A stretch of 63,741 nucleotides of DNA, counting the filler, from Chrysochromulina tobinii (taxonomy: Eukaryota): the NCBI GenBank assembly GCA_001275005.1. It is 7 parts of 7 records of this genome, joined end to end, with 100 filler letters (N's around TTAATTAATTAA, not from the genome) between each part and the next. Parts side by side here need not be neighbours in the genome. Positions count along the whole stretch, not along the records: positions 36,073 to 53,641 come from JWZX01001424.1; 6 more parts are not named here. One strand, written 5' to 3'. Below are positions 42,596 to 53,641 of the stretch, piece by piece. Made by a program: the position numbers and the translations under genes. Positions within the stretch are counted from its first letter, which is position 1, and each line of letters opens with the position of its first letter. Under the pieces are notes generated by a model. That model was not told where the DNA came from. It worked only from the letters and a program-made list of their open reading frames with translations, and searched no databases.

Positions 42596-44128
42596 TCACG
42601 CGGCGGGCACGACGCCCACGCCGCTCTCGATCGCCATCCACTCGAGCCATCGCGGCACCTCGTTACCGGTGCGCTGGAGCAGCACGGCGAGCTCCGAGAT
42701 GAGCGCTCGCGACGACGCGTCGGTCACAATCGTGGTCTTGCGACCCGAGTGGCCGCCTCGGCCAGTAAGGCTGAGCCGTTGGGCGTATTCTGCCATCGAG
42801 CTTGGCAGGTCGAAGCTGATGACGTTCCCAATCGGGCCGAGCTGCGCAATCTCGTCCGCGAGAGATCCGAGCGCCGTATCGGTGGCGACGAGGACCCGCG
42901 CACTGCCGCTCGCGAGCCGTGCGAGGAGCGCGTCCTTCTCGGCGCGCTTCGGCCTGTCCGTCGCGATCGCGGCCACCGGGAAGCCCTCCTCCTTGAGGAA
43001 GTACTCGACCGCCTCGCACTGCCGACGCGACCCGACGAAGACGAGACTCAGGCACGGCACCGTCGGCGGCGGCGCACTCGCCGTGGTGTGAATGTGAATG
43101 CTCGCCACGGCGCTCGCGCTGCCGCCGCTGCTGCCGCTGCTGCTAGAGGGCGGCGCGGCGGGGGGCGCGGCGGCCGCCGACGAGGGCGGCGGCACGAGCG
43201 CCGTCGCGGGCGCGGGCAGCGCGCCGCTCGAGTCCTTGCCCGCCCGCAACAGCGCCGCGAGCACCGGCTGCTTGCCCGTTTCGTGCCATCGGGTTTCGTC
43301 ACAGAAGGCGACGCCCTGGCGGACGAGGGGTGTGAAGGCCTGGGCGATCCACGGCTGCGCGGCGGTCAGCTGCACGTGCCCGAGCACGCCGCCCTTGAAC
43401 AGAAACGGCGTCACGCGACGCAGGGGTGCCGTCAGCGCGGCGCACGTGACGAGGGTTTGACGTTCCGCCGGGAGCGGCAAGCCTTCGTCAAGCACGACGC
43501 GCCGCAGGTGCGCGTCGTACCCGCCATCAAACGTGGCGTCGGCGCCGATCAGGACGAGGTAGCGTACGGCGCGCAGCGAGATCGACCCTCGCTCGAGGAG
43601 GTCGTGGAGTCGGCCAGGCGTCGCCACGACGAGGCCCGCCGAGGGCTCGCATGCACTGACGCTCGCGTCGATGGGGACGCCGCCGCACGCGAGCGCGCAT
43701 CGCACGCTCGTGCCATGCGCGAGGGTGCGCGCCGCGTCGGACGCGTACGTAGCGAGCTTTCGCGTGGGCGTCAGCACTAGCGCGCGCGGCTGGCACTTGG
43801 CCGTGGACGCCTTGGGGTCGACGGTCGAAGGCGGCGGCCGCGTGTCGAGCGCGAGCATGCCGATGAGCGCGAGCATGATCGGCGCGACCTGCTCGTCACC
43901 GCGCGGTGCGGCGCCCACGATGGCGAGGTCGCGACCCGCGAGCACGAGCGGCGCCGCGTACTTTTCGAGCGGCGGGATCTCCCGATCGGCGACTGCCTTG
44001 AGGAGCGGTGCGGGCAGCTCCGAGAGCTCAGCGTACGTTGCGATCGGCATGCGCAAGGGCAGGTCGGGGCCATCGCACTGGATGGTGTACTGCAGCCCGC
44101 TCTCGTCGTTCGTGCGCGGAGCGGCCAT
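42596..44128 (-). CDS. DDX3/Ded1-like DEAD-box helicase homolog with degenerate catalytic motifs
   Basis: Retains P.ALVLTPTR.LA, GG, ATPGRL.D, RQTL, LVFV, VLVATD, VI.FDLP, L......EVP.WL. Walker A, DEAD, SAT and HRIGR are altered. Confidence 0.85.
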   Translation of the reverse strand: MAAPRTNDESGLQYTIQCDGPDLPLRMPIATYAELSELPAPLLKAVADREIPPLEKYAAPLVLAGRDLAIVGAAPRGDEQVAPIMLALIGMLALDTRPPPSTVDPKASTAKCQPRALVLTPTRKLATYASDAARTLAHGTSVRCALACGGVPIDASVSACEPSAGLVVATPGRLHDLLERGSISLRAVRYLVLIGADATFDGGYDAHLRRVVLDEGLPLPAERQTLVTCAALTAPLRRVTPFLFKGGVLGHVQLTAAQPWIAQAFTPLVRQGVAFCDETRWHETGKQPVLAALLRAGKDSSGALPAPATALVPPPSSAAAAPPAAPPSSSSGSSGGSASAVASIHIHTTASAPPPTVPCLSLVFVGSRRQCEAVEYFLKEEGFPVAAIATDRPKRAEKDALLARLASGSARVLVATDTALGSLADEIAQLGPIGNVISFDLPSSMAEYAQRLSLTGRGGHSGRKTTIVTDASSRALISELAVLLQRTGNEVPRWLEWMAIESGVGVVPAA

Positions 44129-44229
44129 CGAGGCGGAGACGATAGAGATGAGGTTCCGTGCGCCTCGAATCGGGTTCGTCATTCCGTCGCACAGTTTCAC
44201 AGAAGAAAACTGAAAACTCCTCGACGCCG

Positions 44230-44653
44230 CGTTCGTCGCAATTGAGAGCGGGTTGAGCGTCAGAGCGAGCAGCAGCAGCAACGTCTTCAATCGGGTGGCG
44301 CCATGGATTGCGCCTTGATACTCTTTGAAGACGAACAGCCCGTACAGCATGCCAGTGACGCCAGCGGCACAGCCGAAGCCGAAGGCGACCGGGCTCGAGA
44401 TCCCCGCGTGCAGCTCGGCAAAGTAGCACAGGTAGCCCACTGCGATGCACACGCCCGCGCTACTAGTCCAGACCACCTGACGCCGAGTGAGCCCGAGCCC
44501 TGATGTTGGTGATGAGGCTTGAGCGGGATGCAATATGAATATCAGAGGCCATCAGAGGCAATCAGCGAACCATCTGACGCCGAGTGAGCCCGCGGACTTG
44601 GGCGCCGTGTCGAGCGAGTTCGGTCTCCTCTTGGAAGAGACACCCATACGCCT
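44230..44653 (-). pseudogene. Fragment of a DMT/TMEM144-like membrane transporter with one intron (44477-44570)
   Basis: AG...VGYLCYF...PVAFGFG...GMLYGLFVFKEYQG resembles the DMT C-terminus. No upstream part or own stop is evident. Confidence 0.45.
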
Positions 44654-44892
44654 GCACGACGAAAGGGATATTGTACAATCTCAACACACTGAACACAATC
44701 ATCTCAACATGACAGATACACACGCAGTTGCAGATACAATCTCCTTCAATCGTACCGGTAACTCCAAGGAGGCCATCTCCTTTCCATCACAAAGAACCTT
44801 TCCACCATGCGTTCCATAGTACGCGCATGTGCATGAGTACCCCTCGCGGTCCTCCCTTGCGCGCCTTGGGCAACAGCTCAAAGAATGCTCCC

Positions 44893-46917
44893 TCAATATG
44901 CCTCAAACCCGTACTCAACTTGCCTGCTTGCTTCGTTCGCTTGGGTTGCTTGCTTGCTTGTTGTGCTTGCTACGATCGCCGCGAGCCACTCGGTGGGTGG
45001 CACCAACTGGATTCGCAACTCCACCTCGGCCGCCCCCAGGACCGATCCGAAGGCCCTTTGGAACTCGCCTGCACGAAAGTGCTCATTGTCGTACGGCACT
45101 GGCGCCTCGTTCACGAAGAGGAGGATGCGGTCGACGGGGATGCGTGAGGAAGTACTCTTGTCCTGACGGTAGTACTCTTTGAGCAGAGGTAGGACGAGCT
45201 TCTCCTTCATCACGCTGCGCGGATTGTTGACGTCGGACATATTGATGCTCCATGAGAAACGCACCTCGTGTCGATACCCCTCGGGCAGCTGGGCCGTGTC
45301 CTTCGGTCCGGCGTCGGCATGCACGATGACGCTCAGCGGAAGCATCTGCTTCACATTCACGGCTGTCTTGGCCGCTTCTTTGGCTGCCAAGGCAGCCGCG
45401 GCGGCCTCCTCCTTTGCGGCCTTGGCAGCGTCCTTGGCGCTTTCGTCCTCCACTACGGCACCACCGCGAGAGCGTACGAGCGCCGTAAGCCACTCGCGGG
45501 GCGGCACGAACTGCAACCGCACCTGCACCACTGACGGGTCCGACTTGGGCAAACTAGCCGACTCGGGCAAGGGCGCCGACTTGGGCGAGGGCGCCGACTT
45601 GGGCGACTTTTTCTTGGGCGACTTTTTCTTCTTGGGCGAGGAGGAAGCTTCCTTCTTGGATGTCTGGTCACGCTCGTTGGACGTTGCGCCCGTCGTGATG
45701 ACCTCGGACGCGGCGGTATGCACATCTGCTGGTGCGAGTCCTTGCATGACGAGCTCCTCTTTGCTCAAGGCGGCACCGTCCTCGCCTTCAATGTACGGGA
45801 ACGCCTTACCGGCCTTGACTGTTGCATCCTCGGCACTGACACCCACATCCTCGGCACTGGCACCCACTGCCTCGGATCCGGCCCCCAGGACTGCTCCGAA
45901 GGCCCTTCGGAGCTCGCCTGCACGAAAGTGCTCATTGTCGTACGGCACCGGCGTCTCGTTCACGAAGAGGAGGATGCGGTCGACGGGGATGCGTGAGGAC
46001 GTACTCTTGTCCTGACGGTAATACTCTTTGACCAGAGGTTTGACGAGCTTCTCGTTGAGCAAGCTGCGCGGATCGTTGACGTCGGACATATTAATGCTCC
46101 AAGAGAAACGCACCTCGTGTCGATACTCCTCGGGCAGCTGGGCCGTATCCTTCGGTCCGGCGTCGGCATGCACGATGACGCTCAGTGGAAGCATCTGCTC
46201 CTCCTTCGGGGAAGCCTCTCCCTTCTTCTTCTTCTTCTTGGTGCCACTGGATGCCTTGGCGGAAGTGGCAACGATCCTTGACGAAGGCGCCGGCGAGCTC
46301 ATCTCCGGTTTCTCTGGTTGTTTGGCGAACGTCAACAGCTGCCCGAGCCTTGCTCCGCGGGAATTTCTACGGGCATCAGACCTCGGCGTCCCAGTGACTG
46401 GTGCAATCTCCGCGGGCAAGATCGCCGTCGCGTCATCATCTGTGGCCACCCGTGGTGGAATCTCCGTGAAGATTAGCGTCGCGTCATGGTCGGTGGCCGC
46501 CACGTCCACCACGTCGGCCGCCCTGCCAAAGACTGCCTCGGAGCCCTCCTCCACCTCCTCCTCCACCTCGCCCTCCGCCTCCTCAGCGGGCGTAGCATCC
46601 ATCGCTGGGGAGAGGACGTGGATGACGGCCTCCTCGTCACTATTCTCCTCGTCAAGAGCAGCACCATTGTCCACGATGACCTGGCCGCGCAGGCTCATAA
46701 GTGCGGTTTTCACCTCCTTCATCGGCACCCTGCCCATGCTGAGTGGCGCAAGCATGGCATCGATCTCCGCATCACTCAGTCCCTGCAGCTGTGCCAGATT
46801 CCTTCCGACCTGATTTTCGACGGCCTCCGCGAGGCCTGATAAATGATCGATGCCAGCCATGGCTAGCCAATCCGCGACGGGGTTCTCGGCCAGAGGCGAG
46901 ATCGTGTGCACGTCCAT
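44893..46917 (-). CDS. Hypothetical protein with SAM-like N-terminus and a ~105-aa domain present twice
   Basis: VADWLAMAGI...SAM-like; near-identical repeats at about 45030-45349 and 45880-46198. Confidence 0.75.
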   Translation of the reverse strand: MDVHTISPLAENPVADWLAMAGIDHLSGLAEAVENQVGRNLAQLQGLSDAEIDAMLAPLSMGRVPMKEVKTALMSLRGQVIVDNGAALDEENSDEEAVIHVLSPAMDATPAEEAEGEVEEEVEEGSEAVFGRAADVVDVAATDHDATLIFTEIPPRVATDDDATAILPAEIAPVTGTPRSDARRNSRGARLGQLLTFAKQPEKPEMSSPAPSSRIVATSAKASSGTKKKKKKGEASPKEEQMLPLSVIVHADAGPKDTAQLPEEYRHEVRFSWSINMSDVNDPRSLLNEKLVKPLVKEYYRQDKSTSSRIPVDRILLFVNETPVPYDNEHFRAGELRRAFGAVLGAGSEAVGASAEDVGVSAEDATVKAGKAFPYIEGEDGAALSKEELVMQGLAPADVHTAASEVITTGATSNERDQTSKKEASSSPKKKKSPKKKSPKSAPSPKSAPLPESASLPKSDPSVVQVRLQFVPPREWLTALVRSRGGAVVEDESAKDAAKAAKEEAAAAALAAKEAAKTAVNVKQMLPLSVIVHADAGPKDTAQLPEGYRHEVRFSWSINMSDVNNPRSVMKEKLVLPLLKEYYRQDKSTSSRIPVDRILLFVNEAPVPYDNEHFRAGEFQRAFGSVLGAAEVELRIQLVPPTEWLAAIVASTTSKQATQANEASRQVEYGFEAY

Positions 46918-47069
46918 CAGCAAAAGAGGGAGAGACCGTCCGGTCTCGCAAGAGACTAATTCCGCAACTAATCACCGAAACTGATTTCGAAACTATTTTA
47001 GATAAGAACTTCGGAGAAGAATTTCGGATACATGAAGATTGTGACATTCATCTTGGAGGCGTCCAAAGC

Positions 47070-49726
47070 TCACTTCTTCCCAAAGTTCTTCCCAAAGCTG
47101 ATCACGTCCTGCTCCGCTGGGTGCTCCGCCTTCGGCAGCTTGGCAGCGCCCTTGCCCCCGAACGTGCCCGCTGCCTTCTTTGTGGTGACCGTAGGCGCCC
47201 GCGACTGCGCGGGCGTCGTGCTGGTCGACGGCACCGTCACCGTCGCAGGCGGAGGAGGCTTGAGCTTCGGAGTGACGCACCGTGTGGGGGCAGCCTTGGT
47301 GGCGCTCGACACGGCGCTCGTGCTCCCGCTGCTGCTGCCGCCGCCGCTTGCCGCCGCCGGCTTCGTCACAGCCGGCTTCGTCACAGCCGTCACAGCCGGC
47401 TTCGTCACAGCCGCCGGCTTCGTCACAGCCGGCTTCGTCACAGCCGTCACAGCCGGCTTCGTCACAGCCAACGCTGCCATACCGCCCGCCGCGGCGCCCT
47501 TGTCCGGCACAGCAGTAGCACCGCATCTCTCCTTTGACCTCACCTCCAGAGGACGCTCACGACTGGACTCGCCTCCAGCCGTCAAAGGTTTAGTCAAAGG
47601 AAGTTCCTCATCTTCGCTCACGCTGTCCATCTGAGCCTCCCTCATTAGGGAGGACGCCAGCTTGCAAGTACGGCCAGCTGTGCCTCGAGCCGCCTTGAGG
47701 GACTTCCCCACAGCCGCCTTGAGAGACTTCCCCACAGCCCGTCCCCCCACGACCCCAACGGCTCCCCCCCCCATCGAGGAGCCACGTGGCTTTGGCGCCC
47801 TTCGCGCCAAACTGAGCGCTTCGAGCCGCTCCTCCAAACGCGTCGTCTTGAGCGCTCGAAAGTAGCCGCGGCATGCATGCGCGCAGCCGAGGAAGACCAT
47901 CAACACGAAGCCGATCGCGAGCATCAGTGGCCCCGTGTCCGTCGGCTGGGCACGCCCGGGACGACGGCCCCCCAACACCGGTGCGCTGGCGTTGGCGGCG
48001 GCGGCGCATGCTGGGCAGATGCTGAGGACGTCGGTGGAAGAGAGCGAGGCGAGCGCTGCAAGCTTGCTGGCCTCTGCTGAGCCTTCGAGCGGCAGCGACC
48101 AGTTCTTACTCACCTGTGATCCGGGGGGGCAATCAGAGGTCATCAGAGGTCACTCACCTGTGATCCGGGGGGGCAACAAGACGACAGCCGAAGGGCCTTC
48201 AGAGGCCATCAGAGGCCATTAGAGGTCATTTGCGAATCTGCTGTCATCAGCGGCACGCACAAGTCCGCCAGTATCATCGCTATCTGGGTTGAGTGCGAAG
48301 TAGAAGATGCCAAAGCCGCGCTGCTTGAGGTACGGGATCGCCCAGTCTTGCCACTGACGATCCTGATCGGTGTATCTCCCCCCGATCTCCCCGAGCACGA
48401 TTGGTCTGTGGGTGAGCTGCTGCGCGAACGCAAAGTGCGCCTCCCACACCTGATGAGGGACGCCATCAGGGTGAGCTGCTGCGCGAACGCAAAGTACGCC
48501 GCCCACACCTGATGAGGGTCGCTATCAGGGGAGAGGGAACTCAGCGGCCATCGGTGCGCCACCCTGACCTCGGGCATATTGGCGGGAAAGCGCTGGTCAT
48601 CAAAGTAATGCTGCTGGTACACTGACGGGCCGTACACATGGGGCGAGTAGACGAGCTTCTCCTGGTTGGACAGGTGCACCTGTGACAGGGGTGAGTGGGG
48701 GTGAGTGGGGGTCCAGGCTCATCACCTGCTGAAGCCGCGTGCAGCGTCTAAAGGGAGTAGAGGATGGCAGCGCGTCTAAGTAAGGCGAATTAGAGGCGCA
48801 TTATAGAGGCTCATTCGAGGCTCATTAGAAGCTCATTAGAGGCTCATTCAAGAGGCGCATCACCTGCTGCACACGCGCTCCGATGAGGTTCTCGCCCCAC
48901 CAGATGCCCGCTCCTGGGTCGTCGCCATTAGGTGCGCCCGGGTTATATCCGACCCCCTCGACAAAGATCAACCATCGAGGGCATTCACGCAGGACGTGGT
49001 CGCCGAGGTCCTCCGCACCCAAATTCCAATCGATCGCCAACCCTTTGGCCCACGACGCGCCGTGCGGCTCGTTGGTGATGCTGCGTACGCGCGGCGCAAG
49101 CGCGCCCAGGACAGCACGCCAGACCACGTGGGCTCAGCGCGAGAAAGCAAGTGGGGAGTGGCCTCGAGGGCTCTGAGGGCGCTCGAGATTCGTTCGAGAT
49201 GGCGGCTCGCGCACTCGGCGGCGATCACGTTCCACTCGCCACAGAGGACGGCCGCGAGCTTGCTCCAAGACGTCTTGACACGCGACACGGGCCAGCCGAT
49301 GTCGTCGTCGTACCAGAGCCCTTTGCCAGGCCACGCGTCATGCCTCAGCCGGTGCGCGGCCACCATGACAAGCATGCCGCGCTTGGCGGCCTCGCGGCAA
49401 AGGATGGTGAACATCTCGAGGTAGCGCGTCTGGAAGAATAACGGGTCCTCCGACTCGGCGGTGTGCACGATATCGTCCTTCTCGATGAACTCGTGCGCAA
49501 ACAGCAGCCGGATCGCGTTGAACTTGTGCCGCTGCAGGAAGTCGAGGTAGAAGCCGACCGGGTGCCTGTCGAGGCCTCCGGGCGGACCGCAATACGTTTC
49601 GCTGCCGAACCAATTGATGCCCTTGATGTGGAAGGCGTTGTCGCCGCTGACGGAGGCGTACAGCGTGCCGTCGCGGCCGCTGAGCTCGAAGAGGTCAGTG
49701 GCGCTGCGGCTCGCGCCAATGCCCAT
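47070..49726 (-). CDS. GH5 endoglucanase/cellulase with C-terminal TM and basic repeat tail; exons 49726-49215, 49080-48864, 48679-48569, 48449-48261, 48113-47070
   Basis: IKGINWFGSET, FNAIRL, AAD|ITNEPHG (acid/base E), VEGV, WWGENL, VYSPHVYGPSV, LGEIGG (nucleophile E), NPDSDDTGGL|VSKNW; GT-AG introns keep the frame. Confidence 0.9.
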
Positions 49727-50264
49727 GCGCCTCGCCGGCGCGCTGAGCCTGAGGCTCGTCACAGAGGAACGCGTGGCTGTTCGGGTTTAATACATGTACA
49801 AACGCATGCAATATATGAAAATGAAATAAACACGATAGTTTGAAAAAGGTTTCGTCACATCACTATAACCGAGCCGAAGCCAGGAATATCAATAGTCTCC
49901 GCACCTACGGCGATGCCCCATGGGCTAGCCACTGGCGCCGCGCCGGACGTCACTGCCGCCGCCCCCACGTCCTGCAGATAAGCACACACACACGCCGCTC
50001 TCTCAACAGCTCGCGACGACTCTGCGAGCCCGCTTCCTTCACGGACCACACTCGTACGCAGGCTGCACACCCCAATATGAAGCACGCCTCATTCACAGCC
50101 TCATTCACAGCCAGCCGTCAATCCTCAAATTGGACGCCCATCACGACGCCCGAGCCGACGATCCGCCAAAGCGCCCGCCAAAGCGCCCAATCGGACCGCG
50201 CACAAGGCCGCCCCCACGCACGTAGGCATGCCACTCACCAAGGCCGCTTCACTTGCCCACGGCC

Positions 50265-52085
50265 TTACATGCCAAACGCGTCCAAAAAGTCGTCGGCCGT
50301 CGCGTTGCCGCCGTGCACGTCGACCTCGGACGCGTCAAACTTGTGCATGCCGCCCGCCACCTTGACGCCCTGGGCCTCGAGCGCCTGCATCTTGGCGATC
50401 CTCTCGTCCTCCTCCTTCTCCTTCTGCTTGGCTTTGAGAGCGTTCTCCTCAATCTTCTTCTTCATCTCCGCCGCCTCCTGCTCCTTGAGCGCCTTGAGGT
50501 CGAATGCCGGCTCCGACGGTGCGGCCGGTGCGGCGGCGGCGGCCTTGGGCGGCGGCGGCGGCGCGCCCGAGAGCAGCGCAGCGAGCGCCTGCAGCGGGTT
50601 CTCTGGCCGAGTCTTCGAGATCGTATTGAGCGCCGCGTTGAGCGTGGGCATCACCTGCTTGAGGTACGCGGCGAGCTCCGTCTTTCCCTCATCCATCTCG
50701 GTGATCTGCTCAGGTGTGGGCACGAACTGCGGCGGCGAGGGGCCCTTCTTGGGCTTGCCGTAGATCTTCTCCATCGTCGTCACGAAGGGGATGAAGGTCG
50801 TTCCGCCCATGTACTCGACCAGCGCATCGGGTACCTTGATGCCGCACTTGGTCTGGTAATTCTCGATGACGCAGCAGAGGGCACGCTCGGTGGCGCAGAG
50901 CGTCGAGTTGAGCATGTGGCAATAGAGCTTCTTGCCGTCCTCGGTCTTGCCCTGGGTCCCAAAGCGCACCTCGAGCCGGCGCGACTGGTAGTCGGTGCAG
51001 TTCGAGCAAGAGACAAGCTCGCGATGCGCCTTGGAGCCTGGGAACCATGCCTCGAGGTCGTACTTCTTGGCGGCCGCGTCGTTCAGGGCGCCCGAGACGA
51101 TGTTGACGACGCGGTACGGGATGCCGAGCGACTGGTAAAACTCTTTGCAGTTGTTGATCATCGTCTGCTGCATCTGCTCCGACTCGTCGCCGATCGGCGA
51201 GGTGACGCAGAACTGCTCAATCTTCTCAAACTGGTGCACGCGGAAGATGCCTGCTTGGTCTCGTCCGTGCGAGCCTGCCTCCTTGCGGAAGCAGGTGGAG
51301 TAGCCCGCGTACTTTTTGGGCAGCGCCTTCGGGTCCATCCACTCCTCGTAGTGGTACCCGCACAGCGGTTGCTCGGAGGTGGCGATCAGGTACTGGTCCT
51401 CGGCGCCTCCGGTGACCTTGTACAGCTGCTCATCAAAGTCGGCGAGCTGCGCCACCTTACCCATGAGCGACTTGTTCATGACGAAGGGCGTCTGCACCAT
51501 CGTGTGCCCGCGCTCCGAAAGGAACTGCACCCCGTACGAGATCAGCGCCTGGTTGAGCCGCATGCCCATCCCAGTCAAGAAGTAGCCGCGCGAGCCCGCG
51601 ACGACCGAGCCCTTGGCCGTGTTCGCGAGGCCGGCGAGCTGGATGAGGTCGTAGTGCGAGAGCATCCATTCCTCGCTCTCGAAGACGCCGTTCGCGTCCT
51701 CCACGCGGTTGTTGTCCTCGTTATCGGACACGGGCACGTCATCGGGCACAAGGTTGCCGATCGTGACGAGCGTGGTGTCGCGCGCCTCGATGAGCTCCTT
51801 CTCCTTGGCCTCCAGCTTCGTGATTTCGGCCTCGGCATCCTGCTTCTCCGCCATCAGCTCGGGAGGCGGGGCCTCCTTCTTCTTCATGAACTCGCCAATC
51901 TTCTTCTGCACCTGGTTCAACACCTTTTTGGCATTGTCGAGCCCGCCGCGGGTCGTGCGCCACTCGGTGTCGAGCTCGATCACCTTGTCGACCAGCGAAA
52001 CATCCTTGTGGCGCCGCCGCTGCGACTCACGCACGATGTCCGGGTTGCCGCCCCGGTCGACGCGAAATAGGTCGATGTCCAGCAT
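50265..52085 (-). CDS. SARS1: Cytosolic seryl-tRNA synthetase with C-terminal Dpy-30/RIIa-like extension
   Basis: MLDIDLFR, IGNLV, YLIATSEQPL, CFRKEAGSHGRD..GIFRVHQFEKIEQF, ELVSCSNCTDYQSRRL, HMLNSTLCATER. Confidence 0.98.
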   Translation of the reverse strand: MLDIDLFRVDRGGNPDIVRESQRRRHKDVSLVDKVIELDTEWRTTRGGLDNAKKVLNQVQKKIGEFMKKKEAPPPELMAEKQDAEAEITKLEAKEKELIEARDTTLVTIGNLVPDDVPVSDNEDNNRVEDANGVFESEEWMLSHYDLIQLAGLANTAKGSVVAGSRGYFLTGMGMRLNQALISYGVQFLSERGHTMVQTPFVMNKSLMGKVAQLADFDEQLYKVTGGAEDQYLIATSEQPLCGYHYEEWMDPKALPKKYAGYSTCFRKEAGSHGRDQAGIFRVHQFEKIEQFCVTSPIGDESEQMQQTMINNCKEFYQSLGIPYRVVNIVSGALNDAAAKKYDLEAWFPGSKAHRELVSCSNCTDYQSRRLEVRFGTQGKTEDGKKLYCHMLNSTLCATERALCCVIENYQTKCGIKVPDALVEYMGGTTFIPFVTTMEKIYGKPKKGPSPPQFVPTPEQITEMDEGKTELAAYLKQVMPTLNAALNTISKTRPENPLQALAALLSGAPPPPPKAAAAAPAAPSEPAFDLKALKEQEAAEMKKKIEENALKAKQKEKEEDERIAKMQALEAQGVKVAGGMHKFDASEVDVHGGNATADDFLDAFGM

Positions 52086-52494
52086 GCTTGAGGGTTTCTC
52101 CCGTCGGCGCGCTTGCGATACTCACTATCAGATTATCGCGTGACACGCGGTTCATCTGGAACTGTGAACGTGATTGGTCGTGTGAGAACTACTACATTTT
52201 TGTGCTCCTTTCACAATCATTAAGTCCGAGGTTTCCAGGGGTCGCATCCTTACGGCGATCCCGGAGCGCCGAACTCGCGGCACAACTCGCCTGTGGAAAC
52301 CTCTCTGGCACCGCGACGACCTCGCCACCCACCAACCCTGTGGACCGAGGTTTGCAGGTTTCCATCGAATTTTTTTTCGAGCGTCGCGAAAAGAAACCGA
52401 GCGAGCCGAGTGCTTGCGTTCGCTTTCCGAGCGATCGCTCGCATTCCTCTTGCTCGTCGTGGAGCACATCCAGCGCGTCGTCGCCCCTTCTTCG

Positions 52495-53641
52495 ATGATG
52501 TTGGGCACCTTCCTGCTCGTCGTCGCTGCCGAGAGCGTAACCTCTACACCCTTTGTTGGGGCAAACGCGCTGCGGGCGAGTCATCAGCTCTTCCTCGGCG
52601 GCACCTCGCCTCCTCCCCATTCACTCTGCATGAACACGTCCGTGGACGCCTCGGACAACTATTGCGACAGCGCGGGCTCCGAGTTGCCGATGTGCGCGTA
52701 CGGCGCCGACTGCGTGGACTGCGCCCCGCGCATGCCGCGCTCGCCCCCGCATCCACCGGTCTCCAGCCCACAGCGCGCCCCCGCGTCAACACCTCCGGCA
52801 CCCCCTGCCCTTTTCATCAACACTGTCGCTCGCATCGGAATGCCAGCTGATGCCTCGGATGGCTGCTGCGACGACGGCGGCCCGGGCGCCGAGTACCCGG
52901 ACACCGACTGCGCCGACTGTGGCATGCGCCAACCGCTGCCTCTGCAGACCGCTAGTTCACCCCCCGGCAAGGGCATCTGCTCGGAGACGTGCTTCTGCGC
53001 CGATGGCGCCAACTGCGGATCGCACACCGCCGTGCAATCGTCGCCGCCGCCCTTGGCTCTACCGCCTCCGTCGCCTCCAAGGATGCCGCCCACTCCTGGC
53101 AGCATCTCGGCCGGCACGCCCTCGCCACCCTCGCCAAAGCCAACGGCCCCTCCGCCGCTGGCCGCACCCTCGCCACCGCGGCCTTCGCCACCGCCGCCGC
53201 CGATGCAGCCCCCCTCGTCGCCCCCGCCGAGTTCGCTGCCGCCGCCCCACGGCGCCACCCCTCACACGCATGCCAACTCTGCAGCCACTGGATGCAAGGC
53301 CACCGCTCTCCAAGGTGAGAAGGGTCGATTCGCTTGCCTGCTCTCGATGGTCTTCTTCGCGATGGCTGGCCTGGTCGCACGGTTGGTGGGGCTGTGTAGA
53401 GCACTGCGTTCGAGCACGATGCGAGACGGGACGCAAGGAGCACGTGGGAGTCGGCGAGGAAGGTCGCAGCCGGGATGTGCTCGATGGAGAGTCTGGCTGG
53501 CTATCCTCCTCAGCTTCGACAGGATGGCGAACGTGGAATGCCAAAGTACCTCCGGGTGCCCGGCTAGTTGGTACTTGGTGCCCGGCGACTGCCCCGATTG
53601 GGGTACAATCAACGGTTATGGCGGTGGCCAGGTTGTTAGCC
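52495..53641 (+). CDS. Secreted or membrane Cys-rich, Pro-rich protein, partly eroded repeats (3'-truncated)
   Basis: Signal peptide; repeated C.DGGPGAEY/C.YGADC.DC..R modules, several internally deleted; SPPP stalk; hydrophobic segments. Confidence 0.55.

Noticed and set aside
42596..44533. 645-aa membrane-helicase fusion as given by the ORF track
   Set aside because: The ORF start lies inside an inferred intron; the helicase has its own ATG at 44128; the fusion is unsupported and kept only as a low-interest finding.
1270..49726. Carbohydrate-active gene cluster (GH45, NST, GT77, GH5)
   Set aside because: The genes lie on four different contigs joined artificially.
50253..52070. Long antisense or alternate-frame ORFs (e.g. 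605 aa opposite SerRS, 692 aa opposite the LRR gene, 539 aa opposite the helicase)
   Set aside because: Expected shadows of high-GC coding sequence; no motifs.
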